Positions 22,885-36,016 of a stretch of 64,000 bases of DNA are shown piece after piece. Below the pieces are notes generated by a model, which was not told the origin of the DNA, ran no database searches, and worked only from the letters and a program-made list of their open reading frames with translations. Made by a program: the position numbers and the translations under genes. This DNA comes from Scyliorhinus canicula (lineage: Eukaryota). The stretch is taken from the NCBI RefSeq assembly GCF_902713615.1, contig NC_052156.1, forward strand, positions 163,366,789 to 163,430,788, written 5' to 3'. Positions within the stretch are counted from its first letter, which is position 1; each line of letters opens with the position of its first letter.

Positions 22885-23495
22885 GCGCTGTCCTGTGAAG
22901 AAAGGTTGAACAGGTTGGAGTTTAGAGGAATGAAGGTGACCTTATTGAATCACAGAAGATTCTGAGGGGGCTCGACATGGCTGTGTTCCCCCGGAGGGCA
23001 GCACGGTGGCCTAGTGGTTAGCACAACCGCCTCACGGCGCCGAGGTCCCAGGTTCGATCCCGGCTCTGGGTCACTGTCCGTGTGGAGTTTGCACATTCTC
23101 CCCGTGTCTGCGTGGGTTTCGCCCCCACAACCCAAAAATGTGCAGAGTTGGTGGATTGGCCACGCTAAATTGCCCCTTAATTAAAAAAAAAAATTTTTTT
23201 AAATGGCTGTGTTTCCTTCAGAGTGGGTGGTGGTGGGGAGGAGGGATGTGTGGATGGTAAGTCGAATCTACAAATATCGGTATTTCAAAATATGGGGAGG
23301 TGGCCCAGTTAGGACAGAGAAGAGGAGAAATCTATTCTGTCAGAGGGTTGCCAATCTTTGGAAGGCTCAACCCCAGAGGCTGAATCATTGGATGTATCAA
23401 AGGTGGAGTTAGATAAGTTTTTGATTGACAACGCTGTCAAGGGTTACGGGGGACAGGTGGGGAAATGGAGTTGAGGCTAAGATCCGGCCAGCCTT
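22885..23495 (+). mobile_element. Degenerate CR1 3' fragment containing a type B SINE (22997-23202)
   Basis: RTEKRRNLFCQRVANLW motif. The SINE is flanked by duplicated ATGGCTGTGTT(C/T)CC. Confidence 0.75.
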
Positions 23496-25727
23496 CTCCC
23501 ACTACTATTTCTTATAATCGTATCCCGGCCTGAAATTTACATCTCAGCGGAACGTTACAGCTCCATTCATCCTGAAGGTGGCAGTAGATTGCAAACGTAT
23601 CCAACAACCTTCAAACGAATGAAGCCACAAGGTGAAATGAAATGAAAATCGCTTATTGTCACGAGTAGGCTTCAAATGAAGTTACTGTGAAAAGCCCCCA
23701 GTCGCCACATTCCGGCGCCTGTTCGGGGAGGCTGTTACGGGATACCAAAGTTAAATATTTTCAAGGACTTGTATGAAATGAAAACTAAAATTGCTTATTG
23801 TCACGAGTAGGCTTCAAATGAAGTTACTGTGAAAAGCCCCTAGTCGCCACATTCCGGCGCCTGTCCGGGGAGGCTGGTACGGGAATCGAACCGTGCTGCT
23901 GGCCTGCTTGGTCTGCTTTAAAAGCCAGCGATTTAGCCGAGTGAGCTAAACCAGCCCCTAAACCAGAGTTTGAGACAGGATTCTGCAAAGGTGTGAGATG
24001 CGTTATTTGAGTGTGTTTTCACACACTGGTTGTTGCAGTTTTAGATTTTGTTGCACTGTTTGCTCTGTCACCTTTCACAGATGATCCAATAAACAAATTC
24101 CAACAAATAAACCTTCCAATCTGCAGTCCACCAGCCGTCCTTCTTCAATAATGCATTCTTTGCCAATTACATAACACAAGGATTAACCATTATTCAGCCT
24201 TTAATTATCTTTGTCAAACATAGATTTACGTCACACTGCCATATACATTTTGGAACAGCAGATTGTAAACTTAAAACAGGTTTTAACAATCACATAAAGA
24301 AATCAAGCATAAAACTTTGGTTAATATTAAAAGATATAAACCATCAATGGATTGAGGAACTTCGATTAGCAAGCTTTAAATATATATAAATGCAGTCGAA
24401 TTCTTACAGTCTCGGGACGGTATGGTGGCGCAGTGGTTAGCACTGCTGCCTCACGGCACCGAGGGCCTGGGTTCAATACCGGTCCCAAGTCACTGTCCGT
24501 GTGGAGTTTACACATTATCACTGTGCGGGTCTCACCCCCACAACCCAAGGATATGCAGGGTAGGTGGATTGGCCACGCTAAATTGACCCTTAATTGGAAA
24601 GAATAATTGGGTCATCTAAATTTAAAAGAAAAAACAGTGCAGAAGGAGGCCATTTGGCCCATCGGGTCCTCACCTATGAAAGAGCACCCCAGATAGGCCC
24701 ACTCCCCCGCCCTATCCCTGTAACTCCATCTAACCATTGGACATTTTCAGGGGCGATTTTAGCATGGTCAATCCACCTAACCTGCACATCTTTGGACTGT
24801 GGGAGGAAACCAGAGCACCCGGAGGAAACCCACGCACACACGGGGAGAACATGCAAACTCCACACAGACTGTCCCCAGAGACCGGAATTGAACCCGGGAC
24901 CCTGCCGCTGTGAGGTAGCAGTGCTAACCACTGTGCCACCGTGCCGGGAGAGTTCGGTAAATTAAACCTTTTGCCCCTTGTGTCTCTTATCGAAAGAAAG
25001 GTTTGTGTATGTTGTACCTCATTAAAAATGTTCCAGCAGAGAAGGAGACCCATCAGCCTGTCTAGTCCACGCCAGCTTTCTGTGAAAGTGATCTGGTCCC
25101 ACTCCCCCATCTTTTCGCCATGGCGCTGCTCATTTCTTCACCTTAAATACTTACTAATTTCCTTTTGAAAGCCCTTGAAGTGGGCAGTGATGAGGGTAGC
25201 CCTCCTGGCCATGCGAACCCTCACCCCCACCTGTCCTCCGACACTTCTCTGGTCGCTTCCTCCACTCCCTCATAGTCTTCCTCATCATCCGAGGAAACGT
25301 GACGCTCCTCCAAGTCTTCATCACCGAGGTGGTCACCCCATGGCTGTGCCAAGCTATGTAGTGGACAGCAGACCAGCTTGATGTGGGCGACCCTCTGGGG
25401 ACTGTACCGTGAGGCCCCACTGGACCTGTTGAGGTAGCGGAAACATTTCTCAAGGAGCCCGATGCTCGGCTCAATCACAGACTGTGAGTCTCGTTGTAGT
25501 GGGCCGCTGCTTCGGTCTCAGGCCTCCGCACGCGTGTCATCAGCCAAGACCTCACTGGGTTTTATCCCCAACAAACCAACCCGGCAGGCCTGGCTGACCC
25601 TCGAATATTCCAGGGATTTGCAATTGCCCAAGGATGTGGCTATCATGCACGCTCCCTGGAAAACGTGCATACACGTGCATGAATCCCACCTGGTCCTCAC
25701 ACACTAGCTGGACATTAAGGGAGTGGA

Positions 25728-28700
25728 GCCCTGGTGCAGTTCAAAGGTTGGTTGAGATTGGGTGAGGACGGAGGGAGCGGCCATCTTGGGTGGATGATTA
25801 AGAACTATGTTGAGCTCAATCAAAATGGGGAGGTCTCTGCGGCCATGTTCTGGGGGGGGGGGGCTTAGAAGGCGGTGGTTCGGGATGAAATTATTTAGTT
25901 TAAGGCCCACAGAGATAAGGTGGAGAGAGGGAGGTTGCTGTAAAGTATTGGGCCAGCACGGTGCCACAGTGGTTAGCGAGTCGCCCGATTGCCCATCAGT
26001 TGGGACGGCGGGCAGTCGTAAGGGAAACTGTGCAGGTGAGGGCGGCGGAGGGGGGGCCGGGGGGAGGTGGTGATGGAACCAGAGACCATAAATGAAGTAT
26101 ATGCGGCCTTTTTGTCGAGTGTTGTACAGAGCTGAGCCTAGGGGGAGGAGGCAGATATAGCAGGTTTTTGAATGGGTTGGTGCACCTAGAGGTAGAGGAG
26201 GGGAAGCAGCAAGCATTGGAGGAGCCACTATCGTTGCAGGAGGTAGTGGAGTGTGTTGGTCTGATGCAGTTGGGGAGGGCGCCAGGGCCACATGGTTTTC
26301 CGGCAGTTTTTATAAACAGTTCTCAGCAGAGATGGCCTCCATCGTTTGAGTAGGTTTAATGAGGTGGTGGGGAGGGGGGAGCTGCCGGATACACTGGCGC
26401 AAGCCAGACAATGATCCCAATAGAGTGTGGGTCGTATCGGCCTTTCTCGCTGTTGAACACAGAAGTGAATGTATTAACTAAGCTACTGGCAAGGAGGCTG
26501 GAGGGGCATGCTCCGGATATGGTCTCAGAGGATCAGGCAACTCTCCAGTAATATTAGGTCATTCAATGTGGTTATGACCCCCCTCGTGAGGGAGGGTGCC
26601 TGAGGTGATTTTATCCATGGATGCAGACAAGGCCTTTGACCAAGTGGAGTAGCGGTACTTGTTTGAGGTCCTTGGGAGGTTTGGATTTGGGTCGAAGTTC
26701 GTGGCCTGGATACGGCTACTCTACGTATCCCCCAAGGCGAGTGTGAGAACGGACGAGGCAAATGCGGGGTATTTGGGGCTGTATAGGGGGGGCACGGCAG
26801 GGGTGCCCATTGTCACCAGTTATTCACGTTGGTGAGATTGTGAGGGGGATAAAGAGAGGGTGTCTCTCTACGCTGATGATTTATTGTTGTATGTGGTGAA
26901 TCCACTGGAGAGTATGGGGAGAGTTTGGACTTATTGGGGAAGTTTGGGGCCTTTTCCGGGTACCAATTGAATGTCGGGAGAAGTGAGATGTTCCCGATGA
27001 ACGCTTTGGGGCAGAATGCGAATTTGGGGGCCCTGCCGTTTAAGGTAGCTAGGGTTAGATTGCGGTATCTAGAGATTCAGGTGGCGCATCACTGGGCCAC
27101 TGTGCATAAGTGGAAGTTGACGGGCCTGATAGAGAGAGTTAGGGGGGATTCCAAAAGGTGAGACACCCAGCCTTTGACGCTGGCGGGGAGGGTACAGGTG
27201 GTAAAGATGAATGTGTTGCCAAGGTTCTTGTTTATTTTTCAATCCTTCCCAATTTTCCTTGCCAAGGCCTTTTTTTTCGAAGGCTGGACAAACTGATTTT
27301 GGAGTTTCTTTGGGCAGGCAAGACGGTGAGGGTTAGTAGGGCCTATTGCAAACAAGGAGACGGGAGGAGAGGCAGACGCTCCCCAACCTGCTGTATTATT
27401 ACTGGGCGGTTAATGCCCAGAAGATGAGAAGATGGTGGGGGAAGGGGGATCGGAATGGGTCCGGCTGGAGGAGGAATCTTGGAAGGGGATGAGTGTTTTT
27501 TTATAAATGTTTTTTATTGGGTTTTTGAACAAGGTATATTTACCGTTATGTACACAGGATAAGAAACATATATATATATATATACACATATATAGAAGAG
27601 AAGGGCACACCCAAACATACCGAAGAAAAGAAGATAGTACATAGTAAAAAAAATACAATAAAAAATAAAATAGAATAACTGGTAGGGTATTGTGCACCAG
27701 CTCAACAGCAGCAACTCTGTACACCTGGCAAAATTATTTACAACACATAAGTGGGCGACTGTTTGCCGGGGGGGGGGGGGGGGGGGGGGGGGTGGGGGAT
27801 TGGGGAGGCAAATATACATTCGGGTGCCAAAAAGATAATTACAGTGGGCGATACTTGGCTGTGTTTCGTGTTGTTGTCGCTCTCTTCTCCTGGACGGATC
27901 TCGCTGCCGTCTCGCGCTTGCCTCCGCTTCTGCCGTTCATCCCGTCTTCCGTCTTTATTCTCCTCGTTCCCTGCTCCTGGAGATGCCATGCTCGTTTTTG
28001 TATCCCGGGCCTTCCTTCCGGCTCTCATTTCCCTGCCTCCCCCCACCTCCCTGGTTCTCCTCTCTTGTTCCCTATCTCTCCCCCCCCCCCCACCCCTCCC
28101 CAGCGGTTCACCTTTCTTTCGGTTTAGCTGTCTCCCTCCCCCCCCCCCCCCCCCCCCCACCCCCCCACCCTCCCGGTCTCTCTCTCCCTTTCATGCTTTG
28201 GCTACTTTCTCCTGATTCTTGGCTACCTGGCTATTCTTCCTCTTGTTCGTTGGCCACAAACAGGTCCCGGAACAGTCGCGTGAATGGCTCCCACGTTCTG
28301 TGGAAGCCGTCGTCCGACCCTCCGATGGCGAATTTGATTTTCTCCATTTGGAGAGATTCCGAGAGGTCGGACAGCCAGTCTGCAGCTTTGGGTGGTGCTG
28401 CTGACCGCCAGCCAAACAGGATTCTACGGCGGGCGGTAAGGGGATGAGTTTGAGGTGCTCTGGTGACATGGGATGTATGGGAGATGGCGGGTGGAAGGAA
28501 GGGATAGAGCAGGTCAGGGGTCTGTTTGTTGAGGGTATGTTTGCAAAGTTGGAGAACGTGCGAGAAAGGTTTGAGTTGCCAAGGGGGAGCGAGTTTAAAT
28601 ATTAGCAGGTGAGGGAGTTTGCGTGGAAGGAACTGCCCTTGTTTAACTGCTGGACTGTACGCTGTTGGAGACGTTGTTGGTCCCAGATGAGTCGGGGGGA

Positions 28701-29522
28701 GGATAATTGGGGATATCTGTGGGTGGTTGGGAGAGAGGGGGTCGGCCCTAGTGGAACGGATCAAGCGGAAGTGGGAGGAGGAGTTGGGGATCGAGATGGG
28801 TGGGCAATTTGGAGCGAGATAATGCACCGAATCAGCTGAACCTCCTCCTGGGTCCGGCTGGAGGAGGAATCTTGTAAGGGGATGTGTTTGAGGTGCTCTG
28901 GTGACATGGGATGTATGGGAGATGGCGGGTGGAAGGAAGCGATAGAGCAGGTCAGGGATCTGTTTGTTGAGGGTATGTTTGCAAGGTTGGAGGATGAGCT
29001 TTGTACAGTTTAAGGTGGTGCATAGGGTTCATATGGATCTGGATGAGTGGGTTCTTCCCGGGAGTGGAAGATGTGTGGGAGGTGGGGCTGGCAAACCATG
29101 TTCACATGTTTGGGGGGGGTGCAAAGTTGGATAGATTCTGGGAGGCAGTCAGGGGGGTCTGTCGGGGGGTTGTGGGGCTGAGGATGACACCGGACCCTAC
29201 TCTGTGGGTCTTTGGGGTGTCGGAGGTTCCGGGGCTATATGAGGGGAAGGGGGCCGACGTGGTGGCCTTTGCCTCTCTGGTTGCCCAGCGACGGATACCA
29301 CTGAACTGGAGGTCGGCAGTGCTGTCGGGGGTCGTGGTTTGGTTGAGAGTTTCACCCTTAGCGATCGTTTTATGTACGACAGAGGCTTTTCTGTCCATGT
29401 TTGAGGAATTGTTCGTCGCGGGGGGGGGGGTTGGGAAAATTGAACAAACTGTATTTTGTTTATTTTTTTTAACTGTGTTGACGTGCCTGTGTGTGTTTGG
29501 AATAAAATAGATTTTTTAATAC
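25728..29522 (+). mobile_element. Degenerate 5'-truncated L1-clade LINE with 11-bp TSD AAGGGAGTGGA
   Basis: GRAPGPHGF, YRPFSLLN, DADKAFDQ, RQGCPLSP and LYADD (~26870) motifs. AATAAA near the 3' end. TSD at 25717-25727 and 29523-29533. Confidence 0.88.
27495..28437 (-). mobile_element. Younger 5'-truncated L1 3' end inserted in reverse inside the older L1; TSD AAGGGGATGAGT
   Basis: ORF2 C-terminus ARRRILFGWRSAAPPKAADWLSDL...LFVANEQEEE*, followed by a 3'UTR, AATAAA and an A tail on the minus strand. TSD at 27483-27494 and 28438-28449. Confidence 0.88.
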
Positions 29523-30789
29523 AAGGGAGTGGAACTCCTTCCTGTTGGTGAACGGAATGCCCTGATGCCACGAGGCGCGGGGAGCAAAATGAGCGTGGTT
29601 CATCGCACCCTGAGTCTGTGGCAGACCAGCTACGATCCAGAATTCCGCAAATCCTTCATCCTGTTGGTCCAGGTCCAGGCCCCTCGTGTGCATCTGAAGG
29701 AGATGTTAGGACAGATGACCAAAACTCTGATCTAAAAAGTCAGCGCATGTTTCAGTTCTCGTCTGGATCTTTGAAATCTTGTTCATTTTATTTCTGACTT
29801 CTCCCCATCTCTCACCTTCGACTTTCATTCACTTCCTTGACACTTCTATCTCGGAGAACGGACGTCCCACAATTATCCAAACAAGGCCTACGACTCCCAC
29901 GGTGACCCCAAATATCATTTTCCACCCCATCATTGTGAGCAGGGTCCACTGGATCTGGGCCACCGCACCTTTGAGCACAGAGTTCACATGCATTTGTCAT
30001 TGTAAAAGGGTCATAGAGCTTATCGTATTGATATCACCCGCAAACAGGTCTCACCAATCTATATTGTTGCAATAAAGACAGATCCGTCCAATAAGAAGTA
30101 TTGGAAATATTTTATTGTTGTCTTATTATTTTGTAGGGCCTGTTTGATCCTTGGCAACATCAACAAAGCAACATTACTGCCCAATCTGATGGCAGAACAA
30201 GTGGTAAATTCCTCATTCGATACAATGCTAGTGGGCTAATGTGGTTTCTCCGTGTTTGACACTGATTGGTTTGAAAGAAGTCATGTGGTCTGTAAACACC
30301 AGATAAAACTCTGATCAGCTCTTGTGTTACAAAGAACAACGGTAAACATGCAAACTGCAAATTCATCTCGATTACACAATTAAACAAACAACTGTGAACA
30401 TCGCTTGCAGCATCAAAGAGAAGCTTTTCTTAACTCAACACTTACCCTTGCAACTTTGAAGTTCTGCACCTTTCTACTCAGTTTAACAGTAACTCAATGG
30501 GCAATAACTTCCTGGCTCCCCGACATCACATTTAGGAGGTATACCCCAATGATACGCTGGGGAATCCTTCTGGGAAGTTTCTGGATAAGGTTTTACCCGG
30601 CAATTGCCCAGACCTCCCCTGGACAATTGTACTGGGCTGGGAACCGTCCGATTTAGTGATTTAAATCGCTCACTTCGATGTTTCTGCCAGTGTTACTTTC
30701 ATAGTTACTCTGGACGAGTTAGAGGGGAAAATAAAGCACTTCCAACTTCCGAGTAATTAGTTTAAACTCCCAGAGCAAGCCCTGCTCAG

Positions 30790-31430
30790 GACACCCCACA
30801 CACAAAGTCCAACCAAGCACCCCACCTTCCACTGCTCCCCCTCTCTACCTGGCCCGCTGTCTCAACCGGGCCCAACCCCACACCAGACACACCAAACCCC
30901 CAACCTGAATGACAACCCCCACCCCAACCACCCAAACTCCCCACCGATCTGAACAACCCCGACTTCCTCCCCAATCCAAAAGGCACCTACCCCATGCTCG
31001 ATCCCTCCAACCCAAACCCCCCCCACGACCTGAATGACTCCCCGACCTGACCCCCCCCCACACACACCCACCCACCCCTCCCTGACCCAACACCGCCGAC
31101 CCGAATGACCCCCCCTGACCTCCAAGCGACAGACCCGACCCAACTCAAGCCAACCCCCAACCCAAACCCCCCCCCCTCCCCCACCCCCGGACCAGACACA
31201 CCCAACCCAGCCCTCCGACGCAACCCCTCCAATGTAATCTGACACAACTCAACTCCAACCCCCTCCCCCCACCCCGACCTGACATCCCCAAGCCAACCTG
31301 ACCCAACTCAATCCCCCCCCCCCCCCCCCCACCAACCTGACCCTCCCCAACATCCGAACCCCCCCCCCTCTCAATGTCCAACTCCACCCACCTGCGATGT
31401 CTGGATTCCCCTGCCAATGTCCTAAACCCA
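30790..31430 (+). repeat. C-rich low-complexity degenerate repeat (CCCAAC/CCCGACC motifs)
   Basis: Strong C/A bias with recurrent short motifs; the minus strand is G-rich. Confidence 0.7.
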
Positions 31431-32559
31431 CATTCCCTTCACCTATCGTAGAAACCTATCTTCTCCCTTTCAAAGGACCTTTAACTCACCTGTTTTACGG
31501 CAATAATGCGGTAATGCTTCGCTCTTCCAGTCTCTCCAAGCCTGTGCCAGGAAGATCAGGCGAGACAGATGCTTTCCGTCTTTAGGTAAATCCCTACAGA
31601 GTGGCCACCTCGAGGAGATTACAAGACATTCTGGTCCTTGCCTGTCTCTTCAATCATGTTTCAGTGCGGATCACAGACTACTCGTTCACGGCAGAGCCTA
31701 TTTTTGATCTCTCTTTGTTCATTCCCTCACAGAACACAAAGCCCGGCGCATACCCTCAAATCTCCATTTTCACATCACCAACTGGACCTCCTAACGACAC
31801 ATTAATGACATCAAAACAAACTACTGCAGATGTTGGAAATCTGAAATAAAAACAGGAAGTGCTGGAAACACCCAGCAGCTCCGGCAGCACCTGGAAAAAG
31901 GAAGAGAGTTAACGGGCGCGATCGAACGGTCTCGCCGCGCTCGACCTCGGTGACGCAGCAAGGCCGCTAAATCTCGTGAGGGGCCTTTCGTGAGATTTGC
32001 GAAGCTCGGAACGCCTCGCAAGATCTAACACAGCCATTAGGCTTCTGTCGCCACCCGATTGTGCCGAGATCCAGGAACGTTGTGTCCACACAAACGTGCG
32101 GATTGGGGGGGGGGGTGGTCCCAGGCCATCAGAGGCCTCCAGGTAGTTGGACTCTGGGCACGGAAGCACCCTGCCACCCTATCCCTGTAACCCAATAACC
32201 CCTCCTAACCTTTTTTATAACTAAGGACAATTTATCATGGCCAATCCACCTAACCTGCACTTCTTTGGACTGTGGGAGGAAACCGGACCCCCCGGAGGAA
32301 ACCCACGCACACACAGGGAGAACGTGCAGACTCCACACAGGCAGTGACCCAAGCCGGGAATCGAACCTGGGACCGTGGCGCTGTGAAGCCATAGTGTTAT
32401 CCACTGTGTTACCGTGCCGCCCATGCTTGTGCAACCGTGCCGCCCAACTTTGTGTGTGAAGTTGGATCAAAGTAATAAAGGTGTTTTGTAGAACAGCAGA
32501 ACTCTTGTCTCTTTTACTCTACAGCAACACAGAAGCTTAAACACAGGGGGTGGAAGGAG

Positions 32560-32820
32560 CAGGGTAGCACGGTGGTTAGCACTGTTGCTTCACAGCACCA
32601 GGGACCCGGGTTCGATTCCCGGCTTGGGTAACTGTGTGCGGAGTCTGCACGTTCTCCCCGTGTCTGTGTGGGTTTCCTCCCACAAGTCTCAAAAGACGTG
32701 CTGTTACATGAATTGGACATTCTGAATTCTCCCTCTTGTACCCGAACAGGTGCCGGAGTGTGGTGACTAGGGGTTTTTCACAGTAACTTCATTGCAGTGT
32801 TAATGTAAGCCTCCTTGTGA
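32560..32820 (+). mobile_element. Type C V-SINE
   Basis: Head, V body and type C tail. Further copies at 35358-35668(-) and 62420-62712(+). Confidence 0.8.
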
Positions 32821-33736
32821 ACTGCCAGGTTCACTGTCAAAGACTGAAGCCTCCCTCCTGCTCGAGCACCCTTTAATCAAGTGAGCTCCCGTGACATCAA
32901 GGGACAATCCCAAAGGAAGGCATCCTCGCTATCTTTCAAACTGACCCCTCCCCTCCAATCTCCTCGACAGGGCCTGGCTGACTGCCTCAGCTAGGGCCCC
33001 TCCACCTCTAACCTGGGTTCCAGGGCCTGAAGCACTGTTCCTTGTCCCGGGCCGCCTAGAGACCCAGCTGGGCCACCACTCCCTGTGCCAACGCTGGGAC
33101 TGACAAATCTACCCACCTCTGTTTGGCCAGCAGCGTTTGGAGGCAGGGCATCTGTCCTGGAGGCCCTGGAAACCTCAGCAACAGGCAATGAAGTGTGAAT
33201 TGGGATTGAATCCATTCAAGGCTCCTAGAAATGGCTTTGGCAGGGTTGCCACTGACTTTCCAGCTGATAGATAGGCTCCCCACTGCGGCTCTGACACCCA
33301 GCTCAATATGGCAAGGGCCATCCTTCTAGTGTGTTTGGGAGGGTGTTGGATCTTTTGTTGGGGGCCGGTGTTGACCTACGTTGGAACTTAAGTCCCTATG
33401 TAATGAAATCTGTCTCACTCACAGATTTTTATGCAGCTTAAGGTTGGACATCCTTCCATTCATTGATTGAACGTCTATGTTCCAGGTTTTGGTGAAGGAT
33501 CACATTAATCCCCTTTCATTTGCAGATTCTGATGGGCCACATGTGCATTTCCAGATTATCTTTTACTTCAAAATGGATTACTATCTGATCCCAAACCAAC
33601 TCATTTCCCCAACTTCGTTTTAAAGATAATTAATGGTGTATTGAGAAATAATTGGCTGGGGGTCAGGCGAAAACAAAGGTTGGTAGATATTCTTTCTGGG
33701 CAAGGTTATTACAGGAACCAAAACATGTATCTGGAG

Positions 33737-33992
33737 TTCAGGTAAAGATTAGGCATGATCAAATTCAACTGTATTTTGTTATTTATTTGCAGCACCAGAA
33801 GGAGGCCATTCGACCCATGGAATCTGCACCGGCTCCGATATGAACAGCCAAGCTAGTCCCATTCCCCAGCCTGTATCCGTAGCCCTCCAAATCCATCACT
33901 TTCAAGTATATATCCAGCTCTCTTTTGAAGCCTCCTCTGGAATCCACCTCCACCGCTCTCCCAGGCAGCACATTCCAAACCCCAACAACTCT
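33737..33992 (-). mobile_element. CR1 3' end plus flank; inverted homolog of 35702-35962
   Basis: LPGRAVEVDSRGGFKRELDIYLK here versus LPGRAVEVDSTGGFKRELDIYLK in the + copy. Confidence 0.75.
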
Positions 33993-34486
33993 AGCTCCAA
34001 CAACTCTAACAACTAAACTCCTATTCTTGAGTCTTGTGTTGAGTTCTTTGCTGGTCTGACTCTAGGCACCGTGATCTCCGCCGCAATTAGGGCAAGGCAG
34101 CAGCTCCCAGAACCCGCCCCCCAACTGGAAAAGGGATCGAACCCCGTGTTGTTGGCACCAAACCAATGCACATCAGCCATCAACACAACCGAGCCATGCG
34201 GCCTCCAAGGGAGTTGAGTTGCTCTTTTGCACGTATGGAGCGATGGGTAGTGATGGTCGTGGCTTCAATTCCTTTCCATCACATGACTTCCAGGAATCTC
34301 CCCCGCTCTTAGCACCTGCCATTGGCATGTGTTGGAAGAATTTACAAGTTGATACTCAACCTGTTTGACCATATTATGAATATACCTTCCTTAGTCATCA
34401 AGTCCTGGAGCCAGAGCGTCCGCCTCCGAGGCAGAGAGGCTGCCCTCTGTGTCACCAGTCTCCTCAGCTATTATTGTACAAACATG

Positions 34487-35118
34487 GGGCGAAATTCTCC
34501 GACCCCCCAGCAGGGTCGGAGAATCGCCTGGGGCCGCCGAAAATCCCGCTCCCGCCGTGGCAGAGATTCTCCGCCACCCGGGAAGTGGCGGTGGCGGGAA
34601 TCTCGCCACTCCGATCGGAGAGGCCCCTGCGGTGATTCTCCGGCCCGACTGGGCCGAAGTCCCGCCGCTGGGAGGCCTCTCCCGCCGCCGAGGTTTGAAC
34701 CACCTCTGTAATGGCGGGATCGGCAGCGCGAGCGGGCCCCGGGGTCCTGGGGGGGGTGGGGCGGGGGGGCGATCGAACCCCGGGGAGTGCCCCCACGGTG
34801 GCCAGGCCCACGATCGGGGCCCCCCGCTCAGACTCCGGGCCAGTGCCCTGGGTGCACTATTTTCCTCCGCGGCCGCCATGACCTCCGCCATGGTGGAAGC
34901 AGAAGAGAAACCCACATCGCGCATGCACCGACCGGCGAAAGCCTTTCGGCCAGCCCCGCTGCCGGGGGTGCCGGTTTTTTGCACCAGTCTTCTGGTGCAA
35001 ACCGCTCCGGCGCGGGGCTGGCCCCCAAAGGTGGGGAGAATTCTTGACCCCTGAGTGGTTGCCGCTACTCCCCTACGCCGGCACCCTCCGTCACGCCGGG
35101 TAGGGGAGAATGCCGCCC
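34487..35118 (+). mobile_element. GC-rich MITE, Harbinger-like, 3-bp TSD ATG
   Basis: TIRs GGGCGAAATTCTCC / GGAGAATGCCGCCC, with ATG on both sides (34484-34486, 35119-35121). Internal ATTCTCCG repeats. Second copy at 62856-63555. Confidence 0.8.
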
Positions 35119-36016
35119 ATGGAAAGAAAGAGCAGGGTTGGTCTAGAATTTTGGGAGCTAAAATTGCCAAAGATGTCTAATCATTGCACAGGAGGCCATT
35201 TCGCCCATCCACCCTGTTGGCTTGTTCTCCTTAGAGCAGACAAGATTAAGAGGCAACCTTATAGAGGTGTTCAAAATTCTGAACAATGTTGACAGGGTAT
35301 GTTGGTATGTCGGTGACTAGGGGGGTCACAATTTCAAGATGATCAGCAAGAGAGCTAATAATAATAATCTTCATTAGTGTCACACGTACGGTTACATTAA
35401 CACTGTAATGACGTTACTGTGAAAATCCCCTCGTTGCCACATTCTGGCGGCTGTTCGGGTACACTGAGGGAGAATTCAGAATGTCCAATTCACCTAACAA
35501 GCACGTCTTTCGGGACTGTGGGAGGAAACCGGAGCAGCCGGAGGAAACCCACGCAGACACGGGGAGAACGTGCAGACTCCGCACAGACAGTGACCCAAGC
35601 CGGGAATCGAACCCAGGTCCCTGGCGTTGTGAAGCAACAGTGCTAACCACTGTGCTACCGTGCCGCCCAGCTAGGAGTGAAATGAGGAGAAACGTCTTTA
35701 CTCAGAGGGTTGTTGGGGTTTGGAATGCGCTGCCTGGGAGAGCGGTGGAGGTGGATTCCACGGGAGGTTTCAAAAGAGAGCTGGATATATATTTGAAAAT
35801 GACGAATTTAGAGGGCAACGGAGATAGGGCTGGGGAATGGGACTAGCTTGGTTGCTCTTATGGGAGCCGGTGCAGACACAGTGGGACGAATGGCCTCCTT
35901 CTGTGCTATAAATAAATAACAGATACTATTCAATTTGATCATGCGTGATCTTCACCTGAACCCGGGTCCCTGGCGCAGTGAAGCAACAGTGCTAACCACT
36001 GTTCTACCGTGCCGCC

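Larger units (their letters stand above)
25175..29690 (-). pseudogene. PIF/Harbinger (HARBI1-like) transposase relic, split by an L1 insertion (pieces 29523-29690 and 25175-25727)
   Basis: Minus-strand peptides AGLPQTQGAMNHAHFAP...FTNRKEFHS | LNVQLVCEDQVGFMHVYARFPGSVHDSHIL...GWFVGDK...IGLLEKCFRYLNRSSGASRYSPQRV..VCCPLHSLA. These follow Harbinger DDE transposase motif order, with frameshifts. Confidence 0.85.

Noticed and set aside
25175-29690. Domesticated HARBI1 gene with an intron
   Set aside because: Frameshifts and stops are present, and the interruption is a TSD-flanked L1, not a GT-AG intron.
34322-35170. Long overlapping ORFs (up to 259 aa) in MITEs, also at 62880-63456 and 52004-52389
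   Set aside because: GC-rich non-coding elements are open in several frames. The two MITE copies do not keep a common frame, and there are no domain motifs.
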